In this document: in pieces, positions 35,846-47,531 of the stretch | Layout of the letters: every line of letters starts with the position of its first letter | How positions within the stretch are numbered: the stretch's first letter is position 1 | Assembly: GCF_024502345.1 (NCBI RefSeq) | Contig: NZ_JALDNN010000001.1 | Source: Escherichia coli | Lineage (GTDB): Bacteria; Pseudomonadota; Gammaproteobacteria; Enterobacterales; Enterobacteriaceae | DNA: 64,000 bases | Direction: 5' to 3' (one strand) | Made by a program: the position numbers and the translations under genes | Notes under the pieces: generated by a model | What the model saw: only the letters and a program-made list of their open reading frames with translations | Databases searched by the model: none | What the model was told of the DNA's origin: nothing

Positions 35846-37177
35846 TTACCCCAAATCCGCCATCAACACTTTGGATTTACGCTGGTAGTTGTACAACTGC
35901 TTTTTGCTCTCGGGCAGTAAATCAATATCCACTGGGGTAAATCCACGTTCCTGGAACCAGTGAATACTGCGCGTGGTCAGCACAAACAATTTGCTTAAGC
36001 CGCTCTGCTTCGCCTGAGCGGCAATGCGTTCCAGCAGAACCTCGCCCCGTGATGAGCTGCGGTAATCCGGGTGAACTGCCACACAGGCCATTTCCCCAAT
36101 CTTCTCTTCCGGGAACGGATAGAGCGCGGCGCAGGCAATAGTCGTGTTATCGCGCTGAATAATGGTGAATTTGTCGATTTCCATCTCCAGCTGCTCGCGA
36201 GAACGGCGCACCAGAATACCTTGCTGCTCCAGCGGGCGAATCAACTCCAGAATACCGCCAATATCGTTGATTGTTGCGCGACGAATCTGCTCGGCGCTTT
36301 CCATCACAATCTGCGTACCGATACCGTCGCGTGAGAACAACTCTTGCAACAGCGCGCCATCTTCCTGATAACTGATTAAATGACAGCGACGCACGCCGCT
36401 GCGGCAGGCTTTCACTGCGCCACGCAAAAAGCGCACCGTACCGGAGTTGTAATCGCCTTTCTCTTCCTGGGCTTCTACCCGTGCTTGCGCTTCGTTAGGG
36501 AAAAGTTCGGAGACAATATCACCGTCGTCATTAGTGACGCCTTGGGAAGAGCAAAAACCAATCATCTTTTCAGCTTTCAGTTTGATGGCCAGTTGAGTAG
36601 CAATCTCTTCCGAGGTCAGATTAAAGCTCTCGCCAGTGACTGAAACAGCGACCGGCCCCATTAGCACTATTGCACCGCTGTCCAGTTGACGATGGATCGC
36701 GTCTTCATCAATCCGCCGGATACGCCCGCTATGGCAGTAATCCACGCCGTCATCGACGCCCAGCGGCTGGGCGATAATAAAATTGCCACTGACGACGTTG
36801 ATATGCGCGCCCTGTAGCGGCGTGTTATTGAGACTCATCGACAGGCGAGCAGTAATATCCAGTTGCAATGTTCCCGCAGCCTGCTTCACCAGTTCCAGTG
36901 TTTTGGCGTCGGTCACACGTATATTCTTGTGATACAGCGGTTCGTGGTGATGCGCAGCCAGATTTGCGTCGATCTGCGGACGTGCGCCATAGACCACCAC
37001 CAGACGGATGCCGAGGCTGTGCAATAACCCGATATCATTAACGATACTGGAGAAATTCTCATGCTCAATGGCTTCACCGCCGAGCATGATGACAAACGTT
37101 TTTCCCCGGTGGGTATTGATATAGGGAACCGAATGGCGGAATCCCTCGACCAACTCGGTTTTACGTTCCTTTACCAC
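35846..37177 (-). CDS. argA: N-acetylglutamate synthase
   Basis: 443 aa from GTG 37177 ([27 protein letters not shown]..); the track ORF is extended 22 codons upstream. Confidence 0.93.
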   Translation of the reverse strand: MVKERKTELVEGFRHSVPYINTHRGKTFVIMLGGEAIEHENFSSIVNDIGLLHSLGIRLVVVYGARPQIDANLAAHHHEPLYHKNIRVTDAKTLELVKQAAGTLQLDITARLSMSLNNTPLQGAHINVVSGNFIIAQPLGVDDGVDYCHSGRIRRIDEDAIHRQLDSGAIVLMGPVAVSVTGESFNLTSEEIATQLAIKLKAEKMIGFCSSQGVTNDDGDIVSELFPNEAQARVEAQEEKGDYNSGTVRFLRGAVKACRSGVRRCHLISYQEDGALLQELFSRDGIGTQIVMESAEQIRRATINDIGGILELIRPLEQQGILVRRSREQLEMEIDKFTIIQRDNTTIACAALYPFPEEKIGEMACVAVHPDYRSSSRGEVLLERIAAQAKQSGLSKLFVLTTRSIHWFQERGFTPVDIDLLPESKKQLYNYQRKSKVLMADLG

Positions 37178-37187
37178 GGCACACCTC

Positions 37188-37235
37188 TTTGCATGATTAT
37201 TCGAAATTAGTGTATTTTTATTCTGTTTTTTCGCA
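37188..37235 (-). promoter_or_regulatory. Probable ArgR operator (tandem ARG boxes) at the argA promoter
   Basis: AT-rich GAATAA-containing palindromic motifs (..CAGAATAAAAATACACTAATTTCGAATAATCATGC..) just upstream of the argA start; coordinates approximate. Confidence 0.35.
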
Positions 37236-37408
37236 GGGTGCAAGTGTAAATTTTATGCGAGAGCGACTTTTTTATCAGTAATGCCGTGAATATAAAAAGA
37301 ATGTTTACCGTTTATTAGATGACAGATTATGCGTCTTTCGCTAAAGTTTCCGGTCAAATTAGTCGTTTACTTGTTACACAGCTTAGATTTCTTTTGCTCG
37401 GGAGAGGC

Positions 37409-38662
37409 ATGTCAGGATCCAACACTGCAATCAGCCGTCGTCGTTTACTGCAAGGCGCGGGTGCCATGTGGCTATTGAGCGTAAGTCAGGTCAGTCTGGC
37501 TGCGGTCAGCCAGGTCGTGGCGGTGCGCGTCTGGCCTGCGTCCAGCTACACCCGTGTGACGGTAGAATCAAATCGTCAGCTGAAATATAAGCAGTTCGCG
37601 TTGAGTAACCCTGAACGCGTGGTGGTGGATATCGAAGATGTAAACCTGAACTCGGTACTCAAGGGGATGGCGGCACAAATTCGTGCAGACGACCCGTTCA
37701 TCAAGTCGGCGCGCGTCGGGCAATTTGACCCGCAAACCGTACGGATGGTTTTTGAGTTAAAGCAAAATGTAAAACCGCAGATGTTTGCCCTCGCGCCGGT
37801 CGCCGGGTTTAAAGAACGTCTGGTGATGGACCTTTATCCGGCCAATGCTCAGGACATGCAGGACCCATTGCGGGCGCTGCTGGAAGATTACAATAAAGGC
37901 GACCTCGAAAAGCAGGTGTCGCCTGCGCAGAGTGGCCCACAGCCAGGCAAGGCCGGGCGCGATCGTCCGATTGTCATTATGCTCGACCCTGGCCACGGCG
38001 GCGAAGACTCCGGCGCGGTGGGGAAATACAAAACGCGCGAAAAAGACGTGGTATTGCAAATAGCTCGCCGTCTGCGCTCTCTGATCGAGAAAGAGGGCAA
38101 TATGAAGGTTTACATGACGCGTAATGAAGACATCTTCATTCCGTTGCAAGTGCGCGTAGCAAAAGCACAGAAACAGCGTGCTGACCTGTTTGTCTCTATC
38201 CATGCCGACGCCTTTACCAGTCGTCAGCCGAGCGGTTCCTCGGTGTTTGCGCTCTCAACCAAAGGTGCAACCAGTACTGCGGCAAAATATCTGGCACAAA
38301 CCCAGAACGCCTCGGACTTGATTGGTGGCGTGAGCAAAAGCGGTGACCGCTATGTCGACCACACCATGTTCGATATGGTGCAGTCGCTGACCATTGCCGA
38401 CAGCCTGAAGTTTGGTAAAGCGGTACTGAATAAGCTCGGTAAAATCAACAAGCTGCATAAAAATCAAGTTGAACAGGCCGGGTTTGCCGTACTAAAGGCA
38501 CCAGATATTCCCTCCATTCTGGTCGAAACGGCGTTTATCAGTAACGTTGAGGAAGAGCGTAAACTGAAAACGGCGACCTTCCAGCAGGAAGTTGCGGAGT
38601 CTATTCTTGCAGGGATTAAAGCGTATTTTGCCGATCGGGCGACGCTGGCGAGAAGGGGATGA
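37409..38662 (+). CDS. amiC: N-acetylmuramoyl-L-alanine amidase, Tat-exported
   Basis: 417 aa from ATG 37409; twin-arginine signal [11 protein letters not shown]. Confidence 0.93.
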   Translation: MSGSNTAISRRRLLQGAGAMWLLSVSQVSLAAVSQVVAVRVWPASSYTRVTVESNRQLKYKQFALSNPERVVVDIEDVNLNSVLKGMAAQIRADDPFIKSARVGQFDPQTVRMVFELKQNVKPQMFALAPVAGFKERLVMDLYPANAQDMQDPLRALLEDYNKGDLEKQVSPAQSGPQPGKAGRDRPIVIMLDPGHGGEDSGAVGKYKTREKDVVLQIARRLRSLIEKEGNMKVYMTRNEDIFIPLQVRVAKAQKQRADLFVSIHADAFTSRQPSGSSVFALSTKGATSTAAKYLAQTQNASDLIGGVSKSGDRYVDHTMFDMVQSLTIADSLKFGKAVLNKLGKINKLHKNQVEQAGFAVLKAPDIPSILVETAFISNVEEERKLKTATFQQEVAESILAGIKAYFADRATLARRG

Positions 38663-38663
38663 T

Positions 38664-38689
38664 AAAAAGGCGCTGAATGGCGCTTTTTT
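38664..38689 (+). terminator. amiC terminator
   Basis: AAAAGGCGC / GCGCTTTTTT hairpin immediately after the stop. Confidence 0.6.
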
Positions 38690-38735
38690 ATAGGAGACCA
38701 GAAACAAAAAAACACCCGTTAGGGTGTTCAATAAT

Positions 38736-38812
<77 letters not shown>

Positions 38813-38844
38813 TCACCGTACTGCTTTATTTCATTAAATTTGAT

Positions 38845-38921
<77 letters not shown>

Positions 38922-38954
38922 TCACCGTACTGCTTTACTTCATCAAATTTTAAT

Positions 38955-39031
<77 letters not shown>

Positions 39032-39239
39032 TCCGTGGATGCGCACTATACTCCGCTCGCGTTTTCATGCAACCTTTTTTTTACCCCGATCACGGATTTA
39101 GCATGATTTTGAACAAAAACAAACCACTAAAGCCTATTTTTTGTGCAAAATTTGCGTCAGGGAGAGGCTGCTCATTTCATTAAACGCGGCGGTTTGTTAT
39201 CTTCGTTGCGCCTTATTTTTTAACCTGAAGAAGAGAACA

Positions 39240-40337
39240 ATGAAAGGACGTTGGGTAAAGTACCTTCTTATGGGCACGGTTGTGGCAATGCTTGCCGCCT
39301 GCTCTTCCAAACCAACCGATCGCGGACAGCAATATAAAGACGGGAAATTTACCCAGCCTTTCTCTCTGGTGAACCAGCCAGATGCCGTTGGCGCGCCGAT
39401 TAACGCCGGTGATTTTGCCGAGCAAATTAACCATATCCGTAATTCGTCACCGCGTCTGTATGGCAACCAGAGTAATGTTTATAACGCGGTGCAAGAGTGG
39501 CTGCGCGCAGGCGGTGATACCCGCAATATGCGCCAGTTCGGCATTGATGCCTGGCAGATGGAAGGTGCCGACAACTATGGTAACGTGCAGTTTACAGGCT
39601 ATTACACGCCGGTAATTCAGGCGCGCCATACCCGCCATGGCGAGTTCCAGTATCCTATTTACCGTATGCCGCCAAAACGTGGTCGTCTGCCGTCTCGTGC
39701 GGAGATCTACGCGGGGGCATTGGGCGATAAATACATCCTCGCTTACAGCAACTCTCTGATGGATAACTTCATTATGGATGTGCAGGGTAGTGGGTATATC
39801 GACTTTGGTGATGGCAGTCCGCTTAACTTTTTCAGCTATGCAGGGAAAAACGGTCATGCCTATCGCAGCATTGGTAAGGTGCTGATCGACCGTGGCGAAG
39901 TGAAAAAAGAAGATATGTCGATGCAGGCGATTCGTCATTGGGGCGAAACACACAGTGAAGCCGAGGTTCGCGAGCTGCTGGAACAGAACCCGTCTTTCGT
40001 CTTCTTTAAACCGCAATCTTTTGCACCGGTGAAAGGGGCAAGTGCGGTGCCGCTGGTTGGCCGTGCTTCTGTTGCCTCCGATCGTTCAATTATTCCGCCA
40101 GGTACTACCTTGCTGGCAGAAGTGCCGCTGCTGGATAATAACGGCAAATTTAACGGTCAGTACGAATTGCGTCTGATGGTGGCGTTGGATGTCGGGGGCG
40201 CAATCAAAGGCCAACACTTCGATATCTATCAAGGGATCGGGCCGGAAGCCGGACACCGCGCAGGTTGGTACAACCACTATGGACGTGTCTGGGTGCTGAA
40301 AACCGCCCCGGGCGCAGGTAACGTCTTTAGCGGCTGA
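39240..40337 (+). CDS. mltA: Membrane-bound lytic murein transglycosylase A
   Basis: 365 aa from ATG 39240; lipobox LAACSS. Confidence 0.93.
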   Translation: MKGRWVKYLLMGTVVAMLAACSSKPTDRGQQYKDGKFTQPFSLVNQPDAVGAPINAGDFAEQINHIRNSSPRLYGNQSNVYNAVQEWLRAGGDTRNMRQFGIDAWQMEGADNYGNVQFTGYYTPVIQARHTRHGEFQYPIYRMPPKRGRLPSRAEIYAGALGDKYILAYSNSLMDNFIMDVQGSGYIDFGDGSPLNFFSYAGKNGHAYRSIGKVLIDRGEVKKEDMSMQAIRHWGETHSEAEVRELLEQNPSFVFFKPQSFAPVKGASAVPLVGRASVASDRSIIPPGTTLLAEVPLLDNNGKFNGQYELRLMVALDVGGAIKGQHFDIYQGIGPEAGHRAGWYNHYGRVWVLKTAPGAGNVFSG

Positions 40338-40339
40338 TG

Positions 40340-40570
40340 TGATATTCTGTATGCCGTTTTTACGGATATGACAGGGTGAGGGGTAACCTCACATCCTGAT
40401 TATTGACTAAGTGCGCGTTGTTCATGCCGGATGCGGCGTGAACGCCTTATCCGGCCCACAAATCATGCAAATCCAAAATATTGCAGGAGTTATGTAGGCC
40501 TGATAAGCGTAGCGCATCAGGCATTTATGCGTTTAGGGTGAGGGAAAACCTCACCCTTTTTAATTCTGAG
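40340..40570. repeat. BIME / REP cluster between mltA and tcdA
   Basis: Several imperfect palindromic units (GCCGGATGCGGCGTGAACGCCTTATCCGGCC; AGGCCTGATAAGCGTAGCGCATCAGGC; GGGTGAGGG..CCTCACCC). Confidence 0.75.
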
Positions 40571-40575
40571 GTGCT

Positions 40576-41382
40576 ATGTCTGTGGTAATTAGTGATGCAT
40601 GGCGTCAGCGTTTTGGTGGCACAGCGCGTCTGTATGGTGAAAAAGCGTTGCAACTGTTTGCTGACGCGCATATTTGTGTGGTTGGTATCGGTGGTGTCGG
40701 TTCCTGGGCGGCGGAAGCGCTGGCGCGCACGGGGATTGGCGCAATCACGCTTATCGATATGGATGATGTGTGCGTCACCAATACCAATCGGCAAATTCAT
40801 GCCCTGCGCGATAACGTTGGGCTGGCAAAAGCGGAAGTCATGGCGGAACGTATTCGCCAGATTAACCCGGAGTGCCGTGTAACGGTGGTGGATGATTTCG
40901 TGACGCCGGATAACGTAGCGCAGCATATGAGCGTGGGTTATTCGTACGTGATTGATGCCATTGATAGTGTACGGCCCAAAGCGGCGCTGATTGCTTATTG
41001 TCGGCGCAATAAAATCCCGCTGGTCACGACCGGTGGCGCGGGTGGGCAGATTGACCCAACGCAGATTCAGGTTACCGATCTGGCGAAAACGATTCAGGAC
41101 CCGCTGGCGGCGAAGTTGCGCGAGCGCCTGAAAAGCGATTTTGGCGTAGTGAAAAACAGTAAAGGTAAGCTCGGCGTGGATTGCGTGTTTTCTACTGAAG
41201 CGCTGGTGTACCCGCAGTCAGACGGTACGGTGTGTGCGATGAAAGCCACGGCAGAAGGGCCGAAGCGGATGGATTGTGCATCTGGATTTGGCGCGGCAAC
41301 GATGGTGACCGCCACCTTTGGGTTTGTTGCGGTTTCTCATGCGCTGAAGAAGATGATGGCGAAAGCGGCGCGTCAGGGTTAA
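40576..41382 (+). CDS. tcdA: tRNA threonylcarbamoyladenosine dehydratase (ThiF/MoeB-type E1-like)
   Basis: 268 aa; GIGGVGS nucleotide-binding motif. Confidence 0.9.
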   Translation: MSVVISDAWRQRFGGTARLYGEKALQLFADAHICVVGIGGVGSWAAEALARTGIGAITLIDMDDVCVTNTNRQIHALRDNVGLAKAEVMAERIRQINPECRVTVVDDFVTPDNVAQHMSVGYSYVIDAIDSVRPKAALIAYCRRNKIPLVTTGGAGGQIDPTQIQVTDLAKTIQDPLAAKLRERLKSDFGVVKNSKGKLGVDCVFSTEALVYPQSDGTVCAMKATAEGPKRMDCASGFGAATMVTATFGFVAVSHALKKMMAKAARQG

Positions 41383-41387
41383 ACAAT

Positions 41388-41424
41388 CAGGTCGGATGCG
41401 ACGCGAACGTCTTATCCGACCTGG
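41388..41424. repeat. REP element
   Basis: CAGGTCGGATGCGACGCGAACGTCTTATCCGACCTGG palindrome. Confidence 0.7.
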
Positions 41425-41432
41425 TTCTGTGC

Positions 41433-41876
41433 TTAAACCTGCTTCGCCGCAGCGATAATTGCCTCGCTTAACGCATTCAACCCCTGGCTGCGTGAGGCGC
41501 TAAGCTGCCCACGCAATCCCAGCTCATCAAACAATGCCAGCGGCGACTGTGCCTGTAATTCGGCGGCGGTTTTCCCCTCAACGGCAGTCAACAACACCGC
41601 CAACAGGCCGCGCACAATGCGCCCTTCGCTGTCGCCAAAGAAGTGCATTTTACCGTTTTCAGCCACGGTATATCCCAGCCAGACGCGGTTTTCGCATCCG
41701 GCAATCTCTTTAGCCTGCGCTTTTAACTCGTCTGGCAAAGCCGGAAGCTGTTTCCCCAGCATGATCAACTGGCGATATTTATCTTCCCATTGCGTCAACG
41801 GTGCGAAGGTATTGCGTAACGTTTCTGCGGTTACGGTTGTGCCGAACGGATGTCCGGCGAATTGCGGGTTTGTCAT
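41433..41876 (-). CDS. csdE: Sulfur acceptor protein for CsdA (SufE-like)
   Basis: 147 aa. Confidence 0.9.
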   Translation of the reverse strand: MTNPQFAGHPFGTTVTAETLRNTFAPLTQWEDKYRQLIMLGKQLPALPDELKAQAKEIAGCENRVWLGYTVAENGKMHFFGDSEGRIVRGLLAVLLTAVEGKTAAELQAQSPLALFDELGLRGQLSASRSQGLNALSEAIIAAAKQV

Positions 41877-43081
41877 TAATCCACCAATAATTCCAGCGCA
41901 CGGTCAACGGCATTCACCAGCGCATCCACATCACTCTTTGTATTATATGGCGCAAAAGAGGCGCGCAGTGTGCCGGTTACGCCTAATTCTGCCAGTAGCG
42001 GCTGAGCGCAATGTTGCCCGGCCCGCAAGGCAATACCGTACTCCGCCAGTAGCGTCACCATATCGCTGTGATGAACGCCAGCAAAATCAAAGGCCAGCAG
42101 GCTGGAATCCTGGCAGCGGAATGAACGAAAGCCTGGACGTTTCGCCAGCGCATCTTCCGCCAGCGTTGCTAAGCTATGGCTCCAGTTTTCGGCCTGGTTG
42201 ATATCGTAATCTGCCAGCCATTCCAGCGCCGCGCTTAATCCTATGACACCAGCCACATTTGGCGTTCCTGCTTCCAGTTTCCACGGCGCAGATTGAGTCG
42301 TGAAGCCGTCAAAACTCACTTCGTGAATCATTTTGCCGCCACCCAGCCAGGGCGACATCGCTTCCAGCAGTTCTGATTTGCCATACAGCACGCCGATACC
42401 CGTCGGGCCATACAGTTTGTGACCAGAGAAAGCATAGAAATCGATATCCAGTTGCTGAACATCCGCGGGGAAATGCACCGCCCCCTGAGCACCATCAACC
42501 ATCACCACCATCCCTGCTGAATGAGCAAAGGTAATCGCTCGCGCCAGATCCGGGCAACCGCCAGTAACGTTCGACATCTGACTCAACGCCAGAATCCGAC
42601 TACGGGGAGTAATCAGTTCTGGCAACAAATCGACATCCGGCAGTCGCTGCGCATTAAGCGGCAATTTCACCACTTTGGCTCCAGTTTGTTGGGCGACCAT
42701 CAGCCAGGGGACGAGGTTGGCGTGGTGTTCTGCCACGCTGACAATAATCTCATCGCCCGGTTGCAGACGCGGACGCGCATAGCATTGTGCCACCATGTTG
42801 ATGGATTCAGTGGTGCCGCGCGTCCAGACGATAGTTTTATCATCCGGTGCATTCAGTAATTGCGCCACTTTCTCTCGTGCAGCTTCATAACGCGCGGTCA
42901 GGCGTTGGGCTTCGGCAAACTGGCTGCGATGGACGTTTCCGGCGCTCAGGCTGTAAAACTGTCGAGTGGCTTCAACCACGGCTTCAGGTTTAAGCGCGGT
43001 CGCGGCGCTGTCGAGATAGACGCCCGCATCCTGTAGTGCGGGAAACTGGGCGCGAAACTGCGCGGGATTAAAAACGTTCAT
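41876..43081 (-). CDS. csdA: Cysteine sulfinate desulfinase / cysteine desulfurase
   Basis: 401 aa from ATG 43081 ([16 protein letters not shown]..); PLP class V aminotransferase. Confidence 0.93.
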   Translation of the reverse strand: MNVFNPAQFRAQFPALQDAGVYLDSAATALKPEAVVEATRQFYSLSAGNVHRSQFAEAQRLTARYEAAREKVAQLLNAPDDKTIVWTRGTTESINMVAQCYARPRLQPGDEIIVSVAEHHANLVPWLMVAQQTGAKVVKLPLNAQRLPDVDLLPELITPRSRILALSQMSNVTGGCPDLARAITFAHSAGMVVMVDGAQGAVHFPADVQQLDIDFYAFSGHKLYGPTGIGVLYGKSELLEAMSPWLGGGKMIHEVSFDGFTTQSAPWKLEAGTPNVAGVIGLSAALEWLADYDINQAENWSHSLATLAEDALAKRPGFRSFRCQDSSLLAFDFAGVHHSDMVTLLAEYGIALRAGQHCAQPLLAELGVTGTLRASFAPYNTKSDVDALVNAVDRALELLVD

Positions 43082-43272
43082 GGTACTCCTCGGCTTGATG
43101 CACCGATCGTGACGCAAAATTCACTTTGATACAAGGAGAGTGCTAACCATCAGAATTATCTGGATATCCTGGCGAAGCCGCGTCAGTAACATATGCTGAA
43201 TAGTGTTAGGCGTTAATTTTAGCCTGTTAATCAATACTATTAAGATTTATTAATCGCTTTAAGGAGAAGATG

Positions 43273-43500
43273 ATGAAAAAGACTGCCGCAATTATTTCTG
43301 CCTGTATGCTGACTTTTGCCCTGAGCGCCTGTTCCGGTTCGAACTATGTGATGCACACCAATGACGGACGTACCATCGTCTCTGACGGCAAACCACAGAC
43401 TGATAACGATACCGGTATGATTTCGTATAAAGACGCTAATGGCAACAAACAGCAGATCAACCGTACCGACGTGAAAGAGATGGTCGAACTGGATCAGTAA
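43273..43500 (+). CDS. ygdI: Small lipoprotein (paralog of YgdR)
   Basis: 75 aa; lipobox LSACSG. Confidence 0.85.
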   Translation: MKKTAAIISACMLTFALSACSGSNYVMHTNDGRTIVSDGKPQTDNDTGMISYKDANGNKQQINRTDVKEMVELDQ

Positions 43501-43516
43501 TTCGCGATCGCAAGGT

Positions 43517-43722
43517 AAAAAAAAGCACCGCAATTAGGCGGTGCTACATTAATCACTATGGACAGACAGGGTAAATGTACAGGAAGTGAAAAAAGGTAGC
43601 TTTGCTACCATGGTCTGAATCGCAGACCAATTGCAAACACAACAACACAACATCACAACCGTAAGCCAAAAGTTCACCAGAACACGCATTCCGATAAAAC
43701 TTTTCGTTCCGGCTCAGGAAGT
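43517..43722 (-). ncRNA. gcvB: GcvB small RNA
   Basis: Reverse complement begins ACTTCCTGAGCCGGAACGAAAAGTTTTATCGG, contains the G/U-rich region GTTGTGATGTTGTGTTGTTGTGTTTGC, ends in a terminator hairpin plus T8; divergent from gcvA. Confidence 0.9.
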
Positions 43723-43850
43723 GCCGCCACTATAGGTATTTGCTGGTAGAAGCTCAACGGACAATTTATAATGGCTCAGATTAAAAAAACTAATAGGTTA
43801 CACAGTGTAATCTAATTGTTAAATTCATTTAACATCAAAGTTTAAAAGCC

Positions 43851-44768
43851 ATGTCTAAACGATTACCACCGCTAAATGCCTTACGAGTTTTTGATGCCGC
43901 AGCACGCCATTTAAGTTTCACTCGCGCAGCAGAAGAGCTTTTTGTGACCCAGGCCGCAGTAAGTCATCAAATCAAGTCTCTTGAGGATTTTTTGGGGCTA
44001 AAACTGTTCCGCCGCCGTAATCGTTCACTCCTGCTGACCGAGGAAGGGCAAAGCTATTTCCTCGATATCAAAGAGATATTTTCGCAATTAACCGAAGCGA
44101 CGCGTAAACTCCAGGCCCGTAGCGCCAAGGGGGCGTTGACGGTCAGTTTACTCCCCAGTTTCGCCATTCATTGGTTGGTTCCGCGACTTTCCAGCTTTAA
44201 TTCAGCTTATCCGGGAATTGACGTTCGAATCCAGGCGGTTGATCGTCAGGAAGATAAACTGGCGGATGATGTTGATGTGGCAATTTTTTATGGCCGGGGC
44301 AACTGGCCGGGGCTACGGGTGGAAAAACTGTACGCCGAATATTTATTGCCGGTGTGTTCGCCGCTACTGCTGACTGGCGAAAAACCCTTGAAGACCCCGG
44401 AAGATCTGGCTAAACATACGCTATTACATGATGCGTCACGCCGTGACTGGCAGACATATACCCGACAGTTGGGGTTAAATCATATCAACGTTCAGCAAGG
44501 GCCAATTTTTAGCCATAGCGCCATGGTGCTGCAAGCGGCTATCCACGGGCAGGGAGTGGCGCTGGCAAATAACGTGATGGCGCAATCTGAAATTGAAGCC
44601 GGACGTCTTGTTTGCCCGTTTAATGATGTTCTGGTCAGTAAAAACGCTTTTTATCTGGTTTGTCATGACAGCCAGGCAGAACTGGGTAAAATAGCCGCCT
44701 TTCGCCAATGGATCCTGGCGAAAGCCGCTGCTGAACAAGAAAAATTCCGCTTTCGTTATGAACAATAA
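43851..44768 (+). CDS. gcvA: Glycine cleavage system LysR-type regulator
   Basis: 305 aa. Confidence 0.93.
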   Translation: MSKRLPPLNALRVFDAAARHLSFTRAAEELFVTQAAVSHQIKSLEDFLGLKLFRRRNRSLLLTEEGQSYFLDIKEIFSQLTEATRKLQARSAKGALTVSLLPSFAIHWLVPRLSSFNSAYPGIDVRIQAVDRQEDKLADDVDVAIFYGRGNWPGLRVEKLYAEYLLPVCSPLLLTGEKPLKTPEDLAKHTLLHDASRRDWQTYTRQLGLNHINVQQGPIFSHSAMVLQAAIHGQGVALANNVMAQSEIEAGRLVCPFNDVLVSKNAFYLVCHDSQAELGKIAAFRQWILAKAAAEQEKFRFRYEQ

Positions 44769-44786
44769 TTTACGTAGGGTACGACC

Positions 44787-45182
44787 ATGACCAGCCGTTT
44801 TATGCTGATTTTCGCCGCCATTAGCGGCTTCATTTTTGTGGCACTGGGCGCTTTTGGTGCGCATGTGTTAAGTAAAACCATGGGGGCCGTTGAGATGGGC
44901 TGGATCCAAACCGGTCTCGAATACCAGGCGTTTCATACGCTGGCGATCTTAGGTCTGGCGGTGGCAATGCAGCGTCGCATCAGTATCTGGTTTTACTGGA
45001 GTAGCGTTTTCCTCGCGTTAGGCACGGTGCTATTCAGCGGCAGCCTTTATTGCCTGGCACTGTCCCATCTGCGTTTGTGGGCGTTTGTCACTCCGGTTGG
45101 CGGCGTGAGCTTCCTTGCGGGCTGGGCGTTAATGTTAGTTGGTGCTATCCGTTTAAAGCGCAAGGGCGTAAGTCATGAATAA
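44787..45182 (+). CDS. ygdD: DUF423 inner-membrane protein
   Basis: 131 aa, hydrophobic. Confidence 0.85.
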   Translation: MTSRFMLIFAAISGFIFVALGAFGAHVLSKTMGAVEMGWIQTGLEYQAFHTLAILGLAVAMQRRISIWFYWSSVFLALGTVLFSGSLYCLALSHLRLWAFVTPVGGVSFLAGWALMLVGAIRLKRKGVSHE

Positions 45183-46275
45183 GATTGTATTGCTGTGCCG
45201 TCCGGGCTTTGAAAAAGAGTGCGCCGCAGAAATTACCGATAAAGCCGGCCAGCGGGAAATTTTCGGTTTTGCCCGCGTGAAAGAGAATGCGGGTTATGTC
45301 ATTTATGAATGTTATCAACCTGATGATGGCGATAAGTTAATCCGTGAGCTGCCGTTCAGTTCATTAATTTTTGCCCGCCAGTGGTTTGTGGTGGGGGAAC
45401 TCTTGCAGCATTTGCCGCCAGAAGATCGTATTACCCCCATTGTCGACATGTTGCAGGGCGTAGTAGAGAAGGGCGGTGAACTGCGTGTTGAAGTTGCCGA
45501 TACCAACGAAAGCAAAGAGTTGCTGAAATTCTGCCGTAAATTTACTGTTCCGCTACGCGCTGCCTTGCGCGATGCGGGGGTGCTGGCGAACTATGAAACG
45601 CCGAAGCGTCCGGTTGTGCATGTATTCTTTATTGCACCAGGCTGCTGCTATACCGGTTACTCATACAGCAACAATAATTCGCCGTTCTATATGGGCATTC
45701 CGCGCCTGAAATTTCCGGCAGATGCGCCGAGTCGTTCCACGCTCAAACTGGAAGAGGCATTTCATGTGTTTATTCCTGCGGATGAGTGGGATGAACGCCT
45801 GGCGAACGGGATGTGGGCGGTGGATTTGGGCGCTTGCCCAGGCGGCTGGACCTACCAACTGGTGAAGCGCAACATGTGGGTTTATTCCGTCGACAACGGC
45901 CCGATGGCGCAAAGTCTGATGGATACCGGGCAGGTGACGTGGCTACGGGAAGACGGGTTCAAATTCCGTCCGACACGCAGCAATATCTCCTGGATGGTAT
46001 GCGATATGGTTGAAAAACCGGCGAAAGTTGCGGCATTGATGGCGCAGTGGCTGGTTAATGGCTGGTGTCGTGAAACCATTTTCAACCTCAAACTGCCGAT
46101 GAAAAAACGCTACGAAGAAGTGTCACACAATCTGGCGTATATTCAGGCACAGCTTGATGAACATGGCATAAATGCTCAGATTCAGGCGCGGCAGTTGTAT
46201 CACGATCGCGAAGAAGTGACGGTGCACGTCCGCCGCATCTGGGCTGCGGTGGGGGGGCGTCGCGACGAGCGATAA
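45175..46275 (+). CDS. rlmM: 23S rRNA C2498 2'-O-methyltransferase
   Basis: 366 aa; start overlaps the ygdD stop. Confidence 0.9.
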   Translation: MNKIVLLCRPGFEKECAAEITDKAGQREIFGFARVKENAGYVIYECYQPDDGDKLIRELPFSSLIFARQWFVVGELLQHLPPEDRITPIVDMLQGVVEKGGELRVEVADTNESKELLKFCRKFTVPLRAALRDAGVLANYETPKRPVVHVFFIAPGCCYTGYSYSNNNSPFYMGIPRLKFPADAPSRSTLKLEEAFHVFIPADEWDERLANGMWAVDLGACPGGWTYQLVKRNMWVYSVDNGPMAQSLMDTGQVTWLREDGFKFRPTRSNISWMVCDMVEKPAKVAALMAQWLVNGWCRETIFNLKLPMKKRYEEVSHNLAYIQAQLDEHGINAQIQARQLYHDREEVTVHVRRIWAAVGGRRDER

Positions 46276-46318
46276 CAGGCAAGGCCGGGGCGTCGTTTCC
46301 GGCCTGCTACCCTTTCCG

Positions 46319-47050
46319 TCAGGCTGTTACCAAAGAAGTTGCAACCTGGCGTTCATCAGAAATAATGTGCGTTACCTCATCCAGATGCCCGATGCGGGCT
46401 TCCCCTGAACGATTAAATTTACTTTTATCAATCAATAACAACGATTGCGCGGCGCGTTTTAATAGCATTGATTTGTAATCAGCGTTGATAGCATTGGAGT
46501 CCCACAGTGCGCCGCTGCTATCGATCCCTTCACAAGAAAAAATAAACAGATCGATTTCCAGCGATTTAAGTTGGGAAATCAGCGAGGGATTGACGTAACA
46601 GCCATATTTGCGCTCAAGTGTGCCGCCGGAACTGATCAGTTGAATGCGTTCGCGTTTACCGAGTTCATGGCAAATCGGATGGCTATTGGTGAAGACCTGA
46701 ATGTTGATGTCAGGCAACTGGCGTGCCAGATACCAGCAGGTTGAACTGGCGTCTAAGGCTATCACCATCCCTTCTTCAATCCACGCGAGCGCCTCGCGCG
46801 CGATATCTGCTTTATGCGCATAATGGCTTTTCAGCCGGATGTGAAAGGGATCGCCACTGTCTTGATTTTGACGGTGGATATATTTAGCGCGTCCATGATT
46901 GCGCAGAATTTTACCCTGCGTCTGTAATTCATTGAGATCGCGACGAATGGTTTCTTTACTGACCTTTAGCTGTTCAGAGAGAGCTTCCGTGGTCAGGCTG
47001 GTATGGTTCAGCAGCAGGTCGACTATCGCTTGCTGGCGTGCCGCTTTCAT
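46319..47050 (-). CDS. fucR: L-fucose operon activator (DeoR family)
   Basis: 243 aa from the MKAARQQAIVDLL start; the track ORF begins 3 codons earlier. Confidence 0.9.
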   Translation of the reverse strand: MKAARQQAIVDLLLNHTSLTTEALSEQLKVSKETIRRDLNELQTQGKILRNHGRAKYIHRQNQDSGDPFHIRLKSHYAHKADIAREALAWIEEGMVIALDASSTCWYLARQLPDINIQVFTNSHPICHELGKRERIQLISSGGTLERKYGCYVNPSLISQLKSLEIDLFIFSCEGIDSSGALWDSNAINADYKSMLLKRAAQSLLLIDKSKFNRSGEARIGHLDEVTHIISDERQVATSLVTA

Positions 47051-47107
47051 ATTTTTCACCCCATCATTCGATAACCGCCCGCGTCATGCGGGCGTACCGG
47101 TATGAGA

Positions 47108-47530
47108 TTACGGTGTTACCCCTTTTTTTAAAAGAATATTCCCGTACTTCGCTCGTTCGCCTGTGATAACGATCGCAAAGGCTTTTTGCGCCCGTTCATA
47201 AAACGCAAAACGATTGATGCGGATGATGTCAGGACACGGGACTTGTAGTGAAAGCGCATTACGGTAACGTCGTTCTACTTCAGGATCGAGAGTGTCACCT
47301 TCTACCGCTGCCATCATCACCAGCGGCGGTGCATAACTGTCCAGCTCAAATAACGGGATAATCGCCTGGAGCAAGTCGCTCACCAACAGGCCATCAGCGC
47401 GGATCACCTGCGGTCCCATCGAATGGGCGGGAAAGTGAGCATCGGAAAAAATAATTTCATCTCCATGTCCCATCTCTGCCAGCACTTTCAATAGTTCGGG
47501 AGAAATTAACGGCGAAATTGTTTTCAGCAT
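47108..47530 (-). CDS. fucU: L-fucose mutarotase
   Basis: 140 aa. Confidence 0.93.
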   Translation of the reverse strand: MLKTISPLISPELLKVLAEMGHGDEIIFSDAHFPAHSMGPQVIRADGLLVSDLLQAIIPLFELDSYAPPLVMMAAVEGDTLDPEVERRYRNALSLQVPCPDIIRINRFAFYERAQKAFAIVITGERAKYGNILLKKGVTP

Positions 47531-47531
47531 T

